Positions 13,896 to 26,964 of a stretch of 64,000 nucleotides of DNA are shown here, one piece after another. Origin of the DNA: Chiloscyllium plagiosum (lineage: Eukaryota). The DNA lies in assembly GCF_004010195.1 (NCBI RefSeq), contig NC_057718.1, positions 55,150,196 through 55,214,195 on the forward strand. Direction: 5' to 3'. A model generated the notes under the pieces. It was not told the origin of the DNA. It ran no database searches and saw nothing but the letters and a program-made list of their open reading frames with translations. The translations under genes were made by a program, and so were the position numbers. Within the stretch, counting starts at the first letter, position 1, and every line of letters starts with the position of its first letter.

Positions 13896-14157
13896 TCTAC
13901 AAGCTCCTACAGATCCACAACACTTTTGAGATCTGTGCTCCTCTAATTTTGCCTTCTTGTGAATTCCCAATTTTAATTGTTCCACAATTGGTGACTATGC
14001 CTCTAGTTGCTTGGGCCCAAAAGTCTGGAATGCCCGTCCTGTGCCCTTCTGCCTCTATACCTCACTTTCCTTTAAAATACACCTTAAAACCCAACTCTTT
14101 GACCAATTTTATTTCTGTTATCTGACCTAATATCTAACGTAGCATTAATGCACTTTA

Positions 14158-14331
14158 GTTTTATGATATAATTATTGGAATGCTTTATTATGCTAATTGT
14201 GCTACTTAAATATAAGTTACTGTTGTTGTGGCATACTGAGATTTGTTTTATGATATAATTATTGGAATGCTTTATTATGCTAATTGTGCTACTTAAATAT
14301 AAGTTACTGTTGTTGTGGCATACTGAGATTT
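14158..14331. repeat. Perfect 87-bp tandem duplication
   Basis: 14158-14244 identical to 14245-14331. Confidence 0.95.
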
Positions 14332-15039
14332 GTACAGGAATAGAGGAATATTGGAAATCATAACCTCAGATCCCTGAAGATATTATGTCAGTTTATTTGT
14401 TTTGATACTTTCCTTTATTGGTAGAGGCATAGAATGTCATTGCAGTAAGGTTCTGTTAGAATTGTACAAAATACTTTTTAGGTCACAGTGAGATTAATGC
14501 ATACAGTTGTTACAGGAAGGATGTAACTGAGCTAGAGAAGCTACAATAGAGATTTACAAAGTTGTTGCCAGAAATGGAGAATTTTAGGTTTGTGGAAAGA
14601 TTAGTTATGTTAGGGCTATTTTCTTTGGAACAGAAAAGGCTGACGATTGGGCTATGTAAAATAATAAAAGGCATACAATGAATAGATACAAAATATTTCC
14701 CTTAGTAGATAAGTCAATAGCCTGAAGGCATAAATTTAAAGTATTTGGCAGTAAAATTATAAGGGAGCTGAGGAGAATCTTTTCACCCAGAGTGTGATGG
14801 GATCTGATGTGAGCTGCCTGAAAGGATGGGGCAGACCGAAATTCTCACTGCATTTAAAAAAATACTTGGATATATGCTTTAAGTGTCGTAATCTACAGAA
14901 ATGAAAAACAGAATTAGGCAGGAACCCTTTATTTAGCTAGCAAAGAGACAATGGGCCAAATGACCCCCTTCTGTCCCATTCATTTTCTCTACAGCACGTA
15001 TTCAAATAATGGTTCACCTTAAGTAAAAGTCAAATCCCA

Positions 15040-15420
15040 GCCTTTGGTCTGTAAGTCATTAATTTTTCAAATATGCTGTGTGTAAGTCAATCCTCAAATT
15101 GTGGACAGAAAATTTAAACTCTTTTTACTTACTACCCCTTGCTGGTGAAGTTAAACACATGCTGGTAAAAACCTGGTAATTCAAAGATAGTTCCTTGAGT
15201 GTGCGTCCATCAGCATTTGCTGTCAAAGCTATCACTTACTGCTGTGTGCTGTGTTCTCTCCAATACTGCCCTTTAACATGGCATCAAGAAGAAACAGCAG
15301 ATAAATAGCCAGTTCAAATTTATAAAGTCGTTGATATTGCAGAGAAGGCAAAATATTGTGTAGCAACTACTGAATTCAAGGGTTTGGAGAACATCAGAGA
15401 TCGACTCAACCATCAGTGAA
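15040..15420 (+). mobile_element. pogo/Tigger-type DNA transposon relic (subterminal repeats and transposase N-terminus)
   Basis: MASRRNS then, after a stop and frameshift, KVVDIAEKAKYCVATTEF, resembling the Brinker-type DNA-binding N-terminus of pogo transposases; repeated tgtaagtca motifs upstream. Confidence 0.6.
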
Positions 15421-15559
15421 GGATTCTGATGGAGAATGGAAAGAAATTGTGACTGTAACAGTTTTTTGAGGTATTTTCAGCATTGGAGCTGATTTCCTTG
15501 AAACCTTGGAGCAGTCATTATGGTTTTATAAGCTGTTGCATTGTTTTGGAACTTTTGAA

Positions 15560-15712
15560 GTAAAGAGATTAAAAAGGCATTTGGATGATTAAGAAGGGTT
15601 TACAGAGATATGGGCCAAATGCTGATAAACGGGACTAGATTAATTTCAGATATCTGATCAGCTTGGATGAGTTGAACCAAAAGATCTGTTTCCATGCTGC
15701 ACAGCTCTATAA
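15560..15712 (+). mobile_element. HER1/CR1 3' tail
   Basis: Matches 10970-11126. Confidence 0.8.
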
Positions 15713-16144
15713 CTGAAACACCACAGTAAGAGGGTCAGTTCCTGGCTTGCAGCATCTGAAGTGATATGCTTTAACTATGATGTCAGAACAGTGGAATCCA
15801 GAAGGTTGTTGCAGTGATGAATACTTCGGCCTCTCTGGTTGCATGATTCGTTGAGAAGAGCATGCACAATCCATTTGCATAATTAGTTAAGAGTACGAGT
15901 GAGATAAGTCACTACAAGTCTTGACTAATGGCATGCAATGAATGTCATTCGAGAAAACTCTTGAAATGAAAATGGGAAATGCAGCCGTTAGTATATGATG
16001 TCTTGCCAACCTCTCATATTACCTTATTATTTACCAGTTTAAAGCGCATATACCTTATGAAGTTAATAGTTTCTGTTGCTCTTGTGCAGTAATGTTGTTC
16101 TCCATCTCACAAGATTTGGCATATGTGTATGTGTGTGTCTGAGT

Positions 16145-17160
16145 CTATCTCATATGCTGCAGGTATGCCCTCAGGCATGATACATTGGTGAAACTGAGCA
16201 AAGGCTACGGCAACGGATGAATGGTTACCACACAACAATCAACAGATAGGAGTGTTCCCTCCCAGTTGGAGAACACTTCAGCGGTCCAGGATATTTGACC
16301 TCTGACCTTCGGGTGACCATCCTCCAAGGCAGACTTTGGGAAAGGCAGCAGCGAAAAGTGGACAAGCAGAGGCTGATAGCTAAGTTCAGTACCCATTGGG
16401 AGGACCTCAACCGGGTCCTTGGTTTCATGTCACACTACAGGTGACCACCATTGCACTATACACACACACACAGACACTCCTACGCACATACACATACAGG
16501 CACTCCTATACATCGACACGCACACAGACACTCACACACACACTCCTACAGACACACACTCCCACATGCATCCTCTCACAGACTTAGACACTTTACACTC
16601 ACACACACATATACACTCTCTCTCTCACAGACACTCACAAACTTCCACCCCAGACACACACACATAAACCTACATGCACACATACACATATACATTTGTG
16701 GGGTGAATTTGTACTTGCAGAGTTCCATTGTACTTTGCTCAAAAACTGCCTGAATCCATGTAAGACTCTTGTTAACTCACTTTTTAGATTAGAATCAGTC
16801 TAAACATTATGGTAGAGACAAGGAACACAGGGGGCTAACACCTTCAACATCTAAACATCTTATCTGTGCTGACACCAATTGTTACAGTTAACCTGAGAAT
16901 GTAACTTTTTAAAACAAGTTTTGTGATTTGCATATGAAAGAAGTGAAACTATTATGGTCATTCTAACAGATGAAGACTTAACAAACAATCAAGGTATTTT
17001 TCAATGTATAATTTCAGTTACATCACACTGTAAACTTTTGCTATAAATTCTGTGTCTTACAATTGTGTACTCCACAAAGACCTGATGAAGGAGCTCCAAA
17101 AGCCAGTGCTTCCAATTAAACCTGTTGGACTATAACCTGGTGTTGTGTGATTTTGAACTT
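16145..17160 (+). mobile_element. Penelope-like element, family 2 (GIY-YIG endonuclease, CA-rich 3' region, pLTR)
   Basis: YIGETEQRLRQRMNG...PVGEHFSGPG...DLRVTILQG...QRLIAKF...LNRVLGFMSHYR*; cctgatgaaggagc at 17081. Confidence 0.88.
16455..16695. repeat. Degenerate (CA)n low-complexity tract
   Basis: Runs of cacacaca; source of the spurious His/Thr-rich ORFs. Confidence 0.9.
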
Positions 17161-17431
17161 TAAAAATTCTGAAGTTATTTTAGAACCTTTTTGAGGTGTT
17201 GTGGTAAGTTCCTGGATATGACAATGTTGCTGCATCCTCGCAAGGTGGACAGAGGATTTGGTGAATGTCCACATAAGAGCTACAATAGGTATGGGGTTTG
17301 GAGTGTAATGCTGGATTTGTAATGTGACAAGGAGATGGAAGTGAAACTCTGGAGAGAACAAGCTCTTTCTGATGCCTTCTGTCAACTTAAACAGTAACAG
17401 AAAACTGTCTTGCAGACTCCATTCCCAACTC

Positions 17432-17640
17432 GCACGGTGGCACAGTGGTTAGCACTGCTGCCTCACAGCGCCTGAGTCCCGGGTTCAATTCCCGCCTCAG
17501 GCGACTGACTGTGTGGAGTTTGCACGTTCTCCCCGTGTCTGCGTGGGTTTCCTCCCACAGTCCAAAGATGTGCAGGTNNNNNNNNNNNNNNNNNNNNNNN
17601 NNNNNNNNNNNNNNNNTGTAATGTAATCTAATCTAATCTA
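17432..17640 (+). mobile_element. Young HE1-like V-SINE containing an assembly gap
   Basis: A-box tggcacagtgg, B-box ggttcaattcc, V-domain, (aatct)n tail, aactc on both flanks; N-run inside. Confidence 0.92.
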
Positions 17641-17659
17641 ACTCCTCAGATACTGATTA

Positions 17660-18300
17660 AGGTTCTATTTTTTAATTTCCTTCCAGCTCCTGAAAGTTTG
17701 ATTGTATGAACTTCATATCTATGCTCTCTATGTCATTGGTACCATTACCTTCCTCTTGCAGAATATTCTATATTTTTTCCATGATGCCCTTTATCTTGGC
17801 ACCAGAGAGGCAACACACCAAGCAAGATTGTTTCAGAAATGCCTTTCTGTCCTTAGTCTTTTAAGTTTCCTGTATCAGCTTCCTGTTTAATACTGGGCTG
17901 TCCTCTGCCTATTGGTACCAAGGTCAGATCGCACTCCTTCAGGATAGCATCACTACCAGCAGTCTTCAATACAAAGCATTTGTTTGACAGCAGCATGCAC
18001 CTCGAAGACTCCTGCATTTCCTGCCTCTTCCTATTTATTCAGATGACCTCACACCTGCTATCTTGAATGCTAACTGCCAGAGAGTGGCCATCTCTTGAAA
18101 TGTAAAATCTGAACTATTATCCTTCCTGATGCTCTGTGGTGGCTCCAGCTGGCTCTCAAACCCAGAAATCATAAACTCAAACTAAAGCACCTGTTTATCC
18201 AACTCACATTAATTTGTGCAGAAGTTCTCACAGTGTGCTGGACTTCGAAGCAATGGGTATCAGATGCTCATCCATGATATTAAAAAAATCCCTTTCTTCC
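17660..18300 (-). mobile_element. CR1 ORF1 (SGNH esterase-like) relic
   Basis: Minus strand reads LVCCLSGAKIKGIMEKI*NILQEEG.GTNDI...FQEL..KLKNRT across frameshifts, like CR1 ORF1. Confidence 0.7.
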
Positions 18301-19239
18301 CTCTTTCACCATCTAGTTAGTACCCTGGGTAACATGGGATTTGAACACGCAGACAGCCTAAAGATCATGAAGCAGGAACTATGTATTCTACTGGCATCAG
18401 ATTGTTATAAATATGAAGGGAAATTAAAGTTAAGCAAGAAACTGTGTACATGGAATAAAGCTTGTGGGTTACATTAGGCTGAAGAATTCTTTGTCTGTCT
18501 GTTGTCTCATCCCATTAGTGCTTGGCTCGCCTGTACCAATCACGCTCCCATAATCTTCTACCTTATCATTGCTACTGGCTGGAGCAGGTCCCAGCACAGA
18601 AGCTTGAGCCCTCCTCTTCTGCACTCTCTCACATTTGCCCTCTGCTACTGGAATCCCATTACACACTTCTCTGCTTGAAACCTTCTGTTCTGGCAGCTAC
18701 ATGTGGCACACAGTGACCATGCACTCAGCAGTTCTGTGGTTAGCAGGTTCAATTGCACCACAATAGCTAGAATGTTTGCACATTCTGCTCCCAACTTGGA
18801 AAACAGTGCAAGGAAAATTTACTCGAGGTAGAATGAAGAAACAAATGTGTTGATAATATGACTCCCAATATCCTCAAATTGGGATACTGACCTACATCCC
18901 AATATGGATGGTCCAATACAGAGTCTCAAGCCCTTGGAATGGTACCAGACAAGAAACTGAGAAGGTCTTGTTGAGAAATTCCTAGTTATACCCCAGTCTT
19001 TACCATTTGACCAGATTGGCAACGTGAGAATGCTGCCACTTGTTGTGCATTTAAAATGCAACAGCCAAACCTTTGTTGTTCAGAAGAAAAAGCAACATAA
19101 TTAATTGGTTTGCATTGAATATATTTTCTTCTTGTATGTAAAAGTGCCATTGAGGTAATCTTTTAAAGCATGGGAGTAGGCCTGATCAGATTGGATAGAA
19201 TACCTGGATTCACAACTCACAGGTCACTTGGCTTGCTTG

Positions 19240-19378
19240 CCTCAACGGTTAGGTGCATTAGTGTTGGGAAATGTAGAGTCATAGGGTAGGGGATTGGGTT
19301 TGTGTGGGATACTCTTTGGCAGGTAGGTGTGGACTTGTTTGGCTAAATGACCTATTTCCACACTGTAGGGATTCTATG
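19240..19378 (+). mobile_element. HE1 SINE 3' fragment
   Basis: gtgtggacttgtt...cctatttccacactgtagggattctatga tail. Confidence 0.75.
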
Positions 19379-19467
19379 AAACATCATTTTTCAGATTCCT
19401 GGCCTCAACCAACTCCCATCTGTGAGCTGTGTACTGAGACTGCCCTCCAGATATTGATTCAGCAACA

Positions 19468-19770
19468 TGGGTGGCACGGTAGCTCAGTGGTTAGCATTGC
19501 TGCTTCCTAGTGCCAGGGACCTGGGTTCGATCGTTGCCTCAGGTGACTATCTGTGTGGAGTTTGCACATTCTCCCAGTGTCTGTCTGGGTGCTCTGGTTT
19601 CCTGCCACGTTCCAAAAGATGTGCAGGCCAGGTGAATTGGCCATGCTAAATTGCCCATAGTGTCAGGTGCATAACGGAAGAAATGAGTCTGGGCGAGTTA
19701 CTCGTTGGAGGGTCAGTGTGGACTTGTTGGGTCAAAGTGCTTGTTTCCAAACTGTAGGGAATCTAATCTA
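19468..19770 (+). mobile_element. HE1-like V-SINE, full length
   Basis: A-box tagctcagtgg, B-box ggttcgatc, V-domain, aatctaatct tail. Confidence 0.92.
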
Positions 19771-19799
19771 AAACATAGACACGGCCACCTGCATCCTGC

Positions 19800-20910
19800 T
19801 GGGTTCAGGATACATCTAGTACCTTATTCCAACCCCTTATATTCTGATTTCGGAGGTACACCCTAGTGTGTCGATTGGAAGGTCAGTTCGAGAAGCCTTG
19901 CAATCATTCAACATTTTCTTCTCAGCACTTTTCTCTCACCTTTACTGGCTTAGCTTCATGTGATGCATTGACTTGGCCATTCCAGAAGGTGTGGTGAACC
20001 CAAGGAAATGGTCCAGGGGAAGGACTGATTCTCTTCCGAAGTAGAGATTATGTAGAGAATAACCTGTGGAATGAATGCAGGGAGCTATTAAAGCATTCCT
20101 GAGAGGTACTCAGGAAAGGTTTGTTTACTCTCAGGAGGCAAGGTGCCAGACAGTCATGAAAGATATGGTTGAATCATTAGCAATATCCACTAACTTCTGA
20201 ATGGTAGAAGGTGGTGCGGCTCTTGGCAATTCTATAGACTTGTGAAGCTCCTGTAGGATCTTGTTCTCAACCTTGAACACCTGATCACTGTGAATCTGAA
20301 CATGGAACACAGAAATGAACTAATCATGCAGTAACATTCTGACAAAAGTTGGGACCTTTTGATTGCAGGTAGGAATGTTCTGCGTGAACTTGAAGACATC
20401 TGTAAGTAGAAGAACATACTCAGTCCCATTACATCTTGGATTAAGGACTGTAAAATCATTGCAAGGACCTCTAGAGATTGCTTGGCGACAAAGTAGCCAT
20501 GCTGGAGTGAGGCCGATTTCCTGCTTATAGTTTATTATTCACAATTTGGGCAGGAATCAACAGCACAGTAGCTATCCCAGGCTACTCACACCACTCTCTA
20601 ATCAGGACAGTCAGCTTTTTTCTAGTTTGGTGTCCTGCTTCATCATGAGCTGATACCAACATTTGACATTTGAAGGTTTTGGGAAGGATGAATTGCTTCA
20701 CCTCTCTTTTCTTGCCATAAACCAACCAAAGAGGACTCCATTTTCTTTCCTGATCTACCTGGAGCACTGGAGACACTTACTATTCTATAGTGGTCACTTA
20801 ACTCACAAGCTGTCCTGAAGTTCCTACACGGTGCAGGACTTGCCACCACAGGTCTCAGATGCTCATTGATAACATAGAAAAATCTCTTCTGACTCTCTTC
20901 AACCATCTAT
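19800..20910 (-). mobile_element. Gypsy LTR-retrotransposon integrase relic
   Basis: AHDEAGHQ (HHCC zinc finger), DGTEYVLLLTDVF, IHSDQ, KSRTTFYH motifs on the minus strand, with stops and frameshifts. Confidence 0.8.
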
Positions 20911-21069
20911 GTAGTAGCTTGTTTAAACTATTCATTTATAAACTCTGGACCTGATCAGTGCTTATTTCTTTAAATTTGCATGCAATTATACAAATGCTGA
21001 TTGAATTGGTTAATTTTTCAGCTCCCTAATTTGAACAAACATCCTAGACAGAAAGAAATTGTTGTCACT

Positions 21070-21460
21070 CTATCTGTGGCTTCAGCATTCATACTCTCCA
21101 TGTATTTTTGCGGCAGTGTATACCATCCACAAGGTACACTGTAAAAAACCCATCACACCTCCTTTGCCACCTCCAAACCTGCAACCGCTAGCACATAGAA
21201 AAACAAGGACAGAAGATGCAAGGGAGCACCATCATCTGCAGGTTCCCATATAAACCATATATCATTTTGACTTGGAACTATATCACATTCCATCACTGTC
21301 ACTGGCTAACTACCCTAAAATTCCCTTCCTAATATCACTGTGGGTGTATCTACCCCCCCCAAGGACTGCAGCAGTTTAAGAAAGCAGCTCATCATGACAT
21401 TCTTAAGAGCAACAAATGCTGGCCTAGCCATGATACCCATATCCAGTGAATGAATACTAA
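21070..21460 (+). mobile_element. CR1/L2-group LINE 3' end
   Basis: Reverse complement of 6570-6940; ends ...aaatgctggcctagcc...gtgaatgaat. Confidence 0.8.
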
Positions 21461-21777
21461 GGAGAAAAAAAACACACTAACCAACCATTTACACAATTCC
21501 CAGTGACATAATTGTATTTTTTACTGCCAAATGTTACAGTTTTGCTCTATAGACTCCAGCTGATCTACATGTCTGGTCTTCATATTGCCATAATTGTGTT
21601 TCCACTCCTAACACTGCTCTGTCTTTCTGCTCTTTACACTGTTGCTGCATATTGGAATACAAAAAGGAATAATCTCCTTCAACTATTCATGGCTCCACAG
21701 TTCTGCTTCAACCCCTTCTATTGTGAGCAACTCTGTCCTTCCATAGAACAAGAAGAGTGTCAGTGATTGTGGAGCAT

Positions 21778-22385
21778 TGTGATGTATCCATGCTTTGGAC
21801 CAGGCTAGACCCCTCAAAACATTTTAAGAAGGTAGCCCATAACCTAACTTTTCTAGTTGTTTTAAGCAGATGTAAGGTGAATATTCCAGGAGCGACACAG
21901 CTGGTCAAACCACTCAGTTTTAAACAAAACAGAATTTATTTACACACGAACAAAAGAAATCCAAATTTAGAATAAAATAACTATTTGAAAACCCAAACAA
22001 CATGAAAATGCAACTTAACAAAGAGCTGTTCTGATTTCCTGCAATATCCTACAACACACCCCTCGTAAATTCAAACACAAGTTCTTACACGAGAGAGGCT
22101 GCAGAGATGGAGAGGATCAGCATAGAACTGTTTCTTTCCCGCCCCAGCTAAAGCTTAACCAGCAGCTTCAAAAAGACTGCTTGCTAAAAATCAAACCAAA
22201 CCAGATAAAAACCTGAACTGGGAGAACTGGCCATCTTCCCTTTCATTGTACAAGTGTTTTTAAAAAAACATTAAAGCCTTTTCAAGTAGATATTTCCAGA
22301 CAAGTTGGAACCTCTGCCTTTACGACACCTCTTGACAAAAAAACCAAGGTCAACACACCCTTGTTAAAGAGGTAGCTTCGTCACA
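21778..22385. mobile_element. Solo LTR (Gypsy-like)
   Basis: TGTGATG...CGTCACA inverted ends; homologous to 44260-44899 (cccctcaaaa...tagccc). Confidence 0.7.
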
Positions 22386-22599
22386 GTCTATCATAGCTGA
22401 ATATCTGGAAACATGTGAAGGTAGTCAGAGCTGGATGCGAAGCTGACAGCAATGATAGGTATGAGAGAATGTGGTACAGTATCTGGATGCCAGAAATGGG
22501 TACCAAATACCGGGTACTGGTGCTGAATGAGTGATGAAGAGTGCATTGATCAGCATAAATGCCTGCTAGGGTGATGGATAGGAGATGGAATGGGAAGAT

Positions 22600-22975
22600 T
22601 CATTCACTGACTTGATCATCTGATTGAGGTCATTTGTAGCTGGACTGCCCAGCCCTTGGATCCAACAGGAAAAATTTATTGAGGAGAAAGTGAGGTCTGC
22701 AGATGCTGGAGATCAGAGCTGAAAATGTGTTGCTGGAAAAGCGCAGCACGTCAGGCAGCATCCAGGGAACAGGAGAATCGATGTTTCGGGCATAAGCCCT
22801 TCTTCAGAAAATTTATTTCCTTGCCACTTGCCTGCAATACCTTATAGGGATACTTCTTATCGTCTTCCTGTCCTCCCACAGAACCGTGACATCTTCACTC
22901 CTGTCCAACTGCACAAAGGGTTTCAGATCCACATCATGGACCTGAAGCCTATTCTCTGCCCTCATTGACAATTTT
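22600..22975 (-). mobile_element. PIF/Harbinger Myb/SANT accessory-gene relic
   Basis: ORF 22813..23031 (...HDVDLKPFVQ...CRQVARK) plus a downstream NDL-like segment resemble Harbinger Myb/SANT proteins; very degenerate. Confidence 0.4.
22681..22807 (-). mobile_element. Short PLE insertion beginning at the hammerhead core
   Basis: TSD aaaatttatt at 22671-22680 and 22808-22817; minus strand starts CTGAAGAAGGGCTTATGCCCGAAACATC. Confidence 0.9.
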
Positions 22976-23399
22976 CCTTGTTCGAGAATTGCAGCAATAC
23001 TGTTTTCCTGCATTATTCTGTAATTCAGCATCCTTTTAAAAAAAGAAAGGCTGCCTCTAAGAGAAGGTTGATTGCACTATATGGTTTTAGGACACAATGT
23101 TAATCAGTAATATGGCAGTTGCTTGATGCAACAATTCAATCAGGTAATGAGATGGCTGCACCAAAACATGTTACCAACTCATTTGGCACAGTAAGGGCAT
23201 GGAAAAGCTGCAGATCAGGCATTGCATTTTTTAAAGGGACAAGTAAATGTAGGTTTCAAAAAAATGAATTATTACAGCAGCGCAGAGAGAATATAGGGCA
23301 ATATGATTAGTTTTGGGTGCTCTACGAAATGCCAATATAAACACAGCAAACTGACTAGCCTCAATCTGGATTATAATGTCATCTCAAAAAATTGAGACT

Positions 23400-23960
23400 T
23401 TCTTCTTCGCAGCCATTGTCTCAGGACCAAGAGTGATTTGCTTCCACTCTGATTCAGTGTTTTGACATGGCTCAGAGCTCTGTGTATTCCCAAGCAGTGT
23501 TTCAATGTGTTTAGTGCCTTCCATATAAACTTAGTTTTTTGTTAAGTCACAGGCCAGAAACTACTGAGTTGGTAGGGATGATTGAACTCCTCAGGTTTAC
23601 TTTCCTATATTATTTCTTTAGTCTTGCTGGGTGTCTACTGTAGTAACCAGTAGAGCAGGAGCTTTGGAAGGCTGGTGTCAGGCATATGAACAACATGCAC
23701 TAAGTTAAAGAGCTGGTTTTGAGTGATTAGCATCTACATGATGAGCATGGTGGCTTAGGAAAGAATGTTGCTGTTAGATTGTCTTTGATGGTCCATATTT
23801 TCCAGGATCTCACCGTTGATTTTAAATATTGTTGGAGTTGTGCTGTGAGAAGTCATGAAAGAGGATTTTAGCTTTCCAGTTGTTCAATAAAAGGCCATTT
23901 TCCCATTTGCTTCAGAGTAGAAGTTGATAATGACCTGGAACTCAATTTCAGACTAAGTGG
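23400..23960 (-). mobile_element. RTE LINE 3' fragment
   Basis: Minus strand reads NQLFNLVHVVHMPDTSLPKLL, like the RTE motif QLRWAGHVVRMPDxRLPK. Confidence 0.65.
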
Positions 23961-25908
23961 AGACCCAGGCATAATCTGCACACTGGAGCTCAGTCTGACT
24001 TTAACATGACTTTTATTTAGGATTGAAGGTGATGTAGTTTAACAGCTTTCTTCTGTTCTGTAAAATATATCCACACTTCTGGGTAGTTTGATGAGCTGAC
24101 ATACAGTTTTGCATCAAGGAAGATTGAGTTCATGGAGACAATACAATAATGAATGGACAGAATTAAGCCAAACATATGCACAAAATAAGTTAAAGAGCAA
24201 TCAGTAGACATGATTGGAAAGAAATAAAAGTGAGGAATCCTCAATATAGAATTATAAATTAAGTAGACAAAGAGCTTTAAGAAGTCGTATATGTATTTGT
24301 TTCCATATTCAGGCAGTGTAGAAAACAGTGCTAGGAATGAGCCATCTTTACAAGTTCAAAACATGTGGAAGATTCGCTTTACAAACAGCATATCATTTCA
24401 TACAGTTTACAATTTTTAACATTTTTCAACTGGCAAATTCATTGTTTTTGCCAAATTTAAAGAGGCCTACAGGGATTTTTTTCAGCTTGCAATACAATTC
24501 TACTCATTCATCGATGAACAAAGTCAGGTAGCATCTTAAAATAAATTTACTTCCCAGTAGGCATTGAATAAGCTCAGAAGCCTTGCCTATTCAAAAATAG
24601 AGGCTAGTCAGGCATTAACTGGAAACAATGACATCATTTCCTTTACATCACTGTTTATACTCGGTTGTTTACATTTTGAAAGATCAAATCTCATCGTGTT
24701 CTAAGGCTGCTGTGATACATTATCTCAGGACTGGATACCAGGATGTTTGAGAGACTCTTCCCCCAAAACGATCAGGCTTTTTTATTTACTACTCATCAAA
24801 TATGTTTTAAGGTTTATAATTATATGTATTCCATCCACTAATAATAGATTAAATTAGATTAAATATTATAAGCTTTTATCTTTTGCGATCAATAATAAAA
24901 GTAATTTGTTACAAATAACAGATATACTTCAAGGACATTTACCCACTATAAAATTTAAAAAGACATATTTAAAAGGCCTAAATTCTAGTGAAGAGCTGTG
25001 GCCAGAAATGTTAACTTGTCTGTTCTCTGCACAGGAGCTAGCTGGATTGGTAATGTTAGGTTTGATTTGTTTCATACATAAGGTATTGCTCATTTATCAG
25101 TAAAACAAATGTAAGTGAGGCAATTTACATGCATAACAGAGCTTACTGAAGCACTGTAAGAATATTCTTAATCAGTGGGTGAGGGAACTCAGAAAGAGAA
25201 GACAATATTGCATTTACAACACTCAAATTTAACATTCCAAATTTTAAAATGCAGGCTATGGTCAGAAAATTTAAATCCCCATGGTTACAATTTAAGCCTT
25301 AACACTAATCTCTTTTATGACAGCTTACAGTTGTACATCGCCTCCATTTTATTTTGTGGCAGCCTGTAACATTTTCCTATAAGATTTCTTTTCCCTTTTC
25401 GATCTTTGAGGTTCACCCAAAGACAGTCTGTCAGTTTCCTGTTCTTACCTCCCTATAACACATAAATAAGCTGATGATTTACTTTTTTCTCCACCAAACT
25501 CCTGACCACTAGTTCCGGCTCTGATTTGACAGTTTATACTTTCCTCTTCATTTTGATATTTCAAACATTGTGTCTCATTTTAGTTCCGTTTAGTTCACTA
25601 ATTTCTAAAATAGCTGAAGAGAATAGCAGATTATCATATTTTAAATTGTTGGAAGAATTCTTGTCATGACTATTATTTTATGAACAATGTTCATCATATA
25701 AGAAAATCATTAATGAAAAGAGCCCTTAAAACATTGGAAATATCATTAATCATAAAAATGCTATTATTTTCCTGCAAACATGGCACTATGGTTTAATGCT
25801 AAAGCGCTGTCCAGTAAACAAGCCAAGAGTACAAGTCTTCAGCAGTGCCTTTGTTCCAACCAAGCCTTTCATCAAAGCTGACTGTGGACAGTCCTGCTCA
25901 ATTTACAG

Positions 25909-26360
25909 GCAGCAGTGGCTCGGTGGTTAGCACTACAGCTTCACAGCACCAGGGACCAAGGTTTGATTCCAGCCTTCGAGAGTGTGGTGCTGGAAAAGCT
26001 CGACAGGTCAGACAGCATCCAAGGAGCAAAAGAATCGACATTTCGTGCATAAGCACTTCATCAGGAATGCAGATGAAGGACTTATACCCGAAATGTCGGT
26101 TCTCCTGCTCCTTGGATACTGCCTGACCTGCTTGTTTTTCCAGCACCACACCCTCAACTCTGATCTCCAGCATCTGTAGTCCTTACTTTCTCCTAGTTGA
26201 TTCCAACTTTGGATGACTGTCTGCATAGAGTTTGCATGTTCTCCTATTTCTGCTGGGTGCTCTGGTTTCCTCCCACAGTCAAAAGATGTGCAGGTTAGGT
26301 GGATTAGCCTAGTAAATAGTCAGTGCATACTCAATGAGCCAAATAGCTTCCTTCCGAACT
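25909..26360 (+). mobile_element. HE1-like SINE interrupted by a fold-back PLE
   Basis: Head to ~25978, V-domain resumes at ~26197. Confidence 0.85.
25979..26196. mobile_element. Inverted (fold-back) PLE terminal insertion
   Basis: Inverted arms meeting at the hammerhead region; degenerate TSD ttgattccagcctt / ttgattccaacttt. Confidence 0.85.
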
Positions 26361-26964
26361 GTAGAGATTATAAGTTTCTAACATCTTTAAAATATGGCTG
26401 AAGGGCCTGTACTGTGCTGTTCTGTTCTATGTCTATGTCTATAATAGGAATGAGACTGGCTAAGAATTTTCTACTTTATATCAGAAGCTTGGATTAAATA
26501 TTTCAAAGTGATAATCAGATATGCTTACTAGCCATTTCTGACCCTTCATCAATCTAATTATTTATTCAATTAAAATGTCTTTCTACTGCTTGAAAATATA
26601 TTTTCCAATTGTCATGTCTAGCATTCTGTTTTGCTATAGATGGTAATATAACTGGCAATAAAGTGGACATGGTCAGCATGACCATTTTGACACAAGGGAT
26701 TAAAAATTCTGTAAGGATCAAAATGCAAGAATAAAACTTCTTGTCATATGGACAGTAAACCTTAAAAGATGATATTATGACAAGTAATCAAAGGTTTTGC
26801 CAAAGAAGACAGTCTTTGAGATGAATAGTTCTCAGGGCTAAAAAGATCAACAAGTATTGGGAGAAAGCAGGAACAGGTTACTGCGTTCAATAATCAATCA
26901 TTTTAAATGGCCAAGTAGGCTCAAAGAGCTGAATGGCTAACTCCTGCTATTTTTTTCTATATTT

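Larger units (their letters stand above)
11742..14320 (+). mobile_element. L2 LINE 3' end, split by a CR1 insertion (pieces 11742-11774 and ~13896-14320)
   Basis: L2-type end: ...ggcccaaaagtctggaatgcc...ccttaaaacccaactctttgacc...aaatataagttactgttgttg; homologous to 29990-30250. Confidence 0.65.
9100..14990 (+). mobile_element. Old CR1 LINE ORF2 relic hosting nested insertions
   Basis: Collinear CR1 ORF2 segments at ~9100-9979, ~11127-11741 and ~14320-14990, ending in a CR1 tail (atgggccaaatgacccccttctgt). Confidence 0.75.

Noticed and set aside
16396..16753. His/Thr-rich ORFs
   Set aside because: Translations of a (CA)n tract
17432..17510. tRNA-like sequence with A and B boxes
   Set aside because: Head of an HE1 SINE, continuous with the V-domain; not a tRNA gene
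25449..25605. Possible minus-strand exon of a divergent lncRNA (GAG|GTAAGA donor)
   Set aside because: Splice motifs only, with no other support
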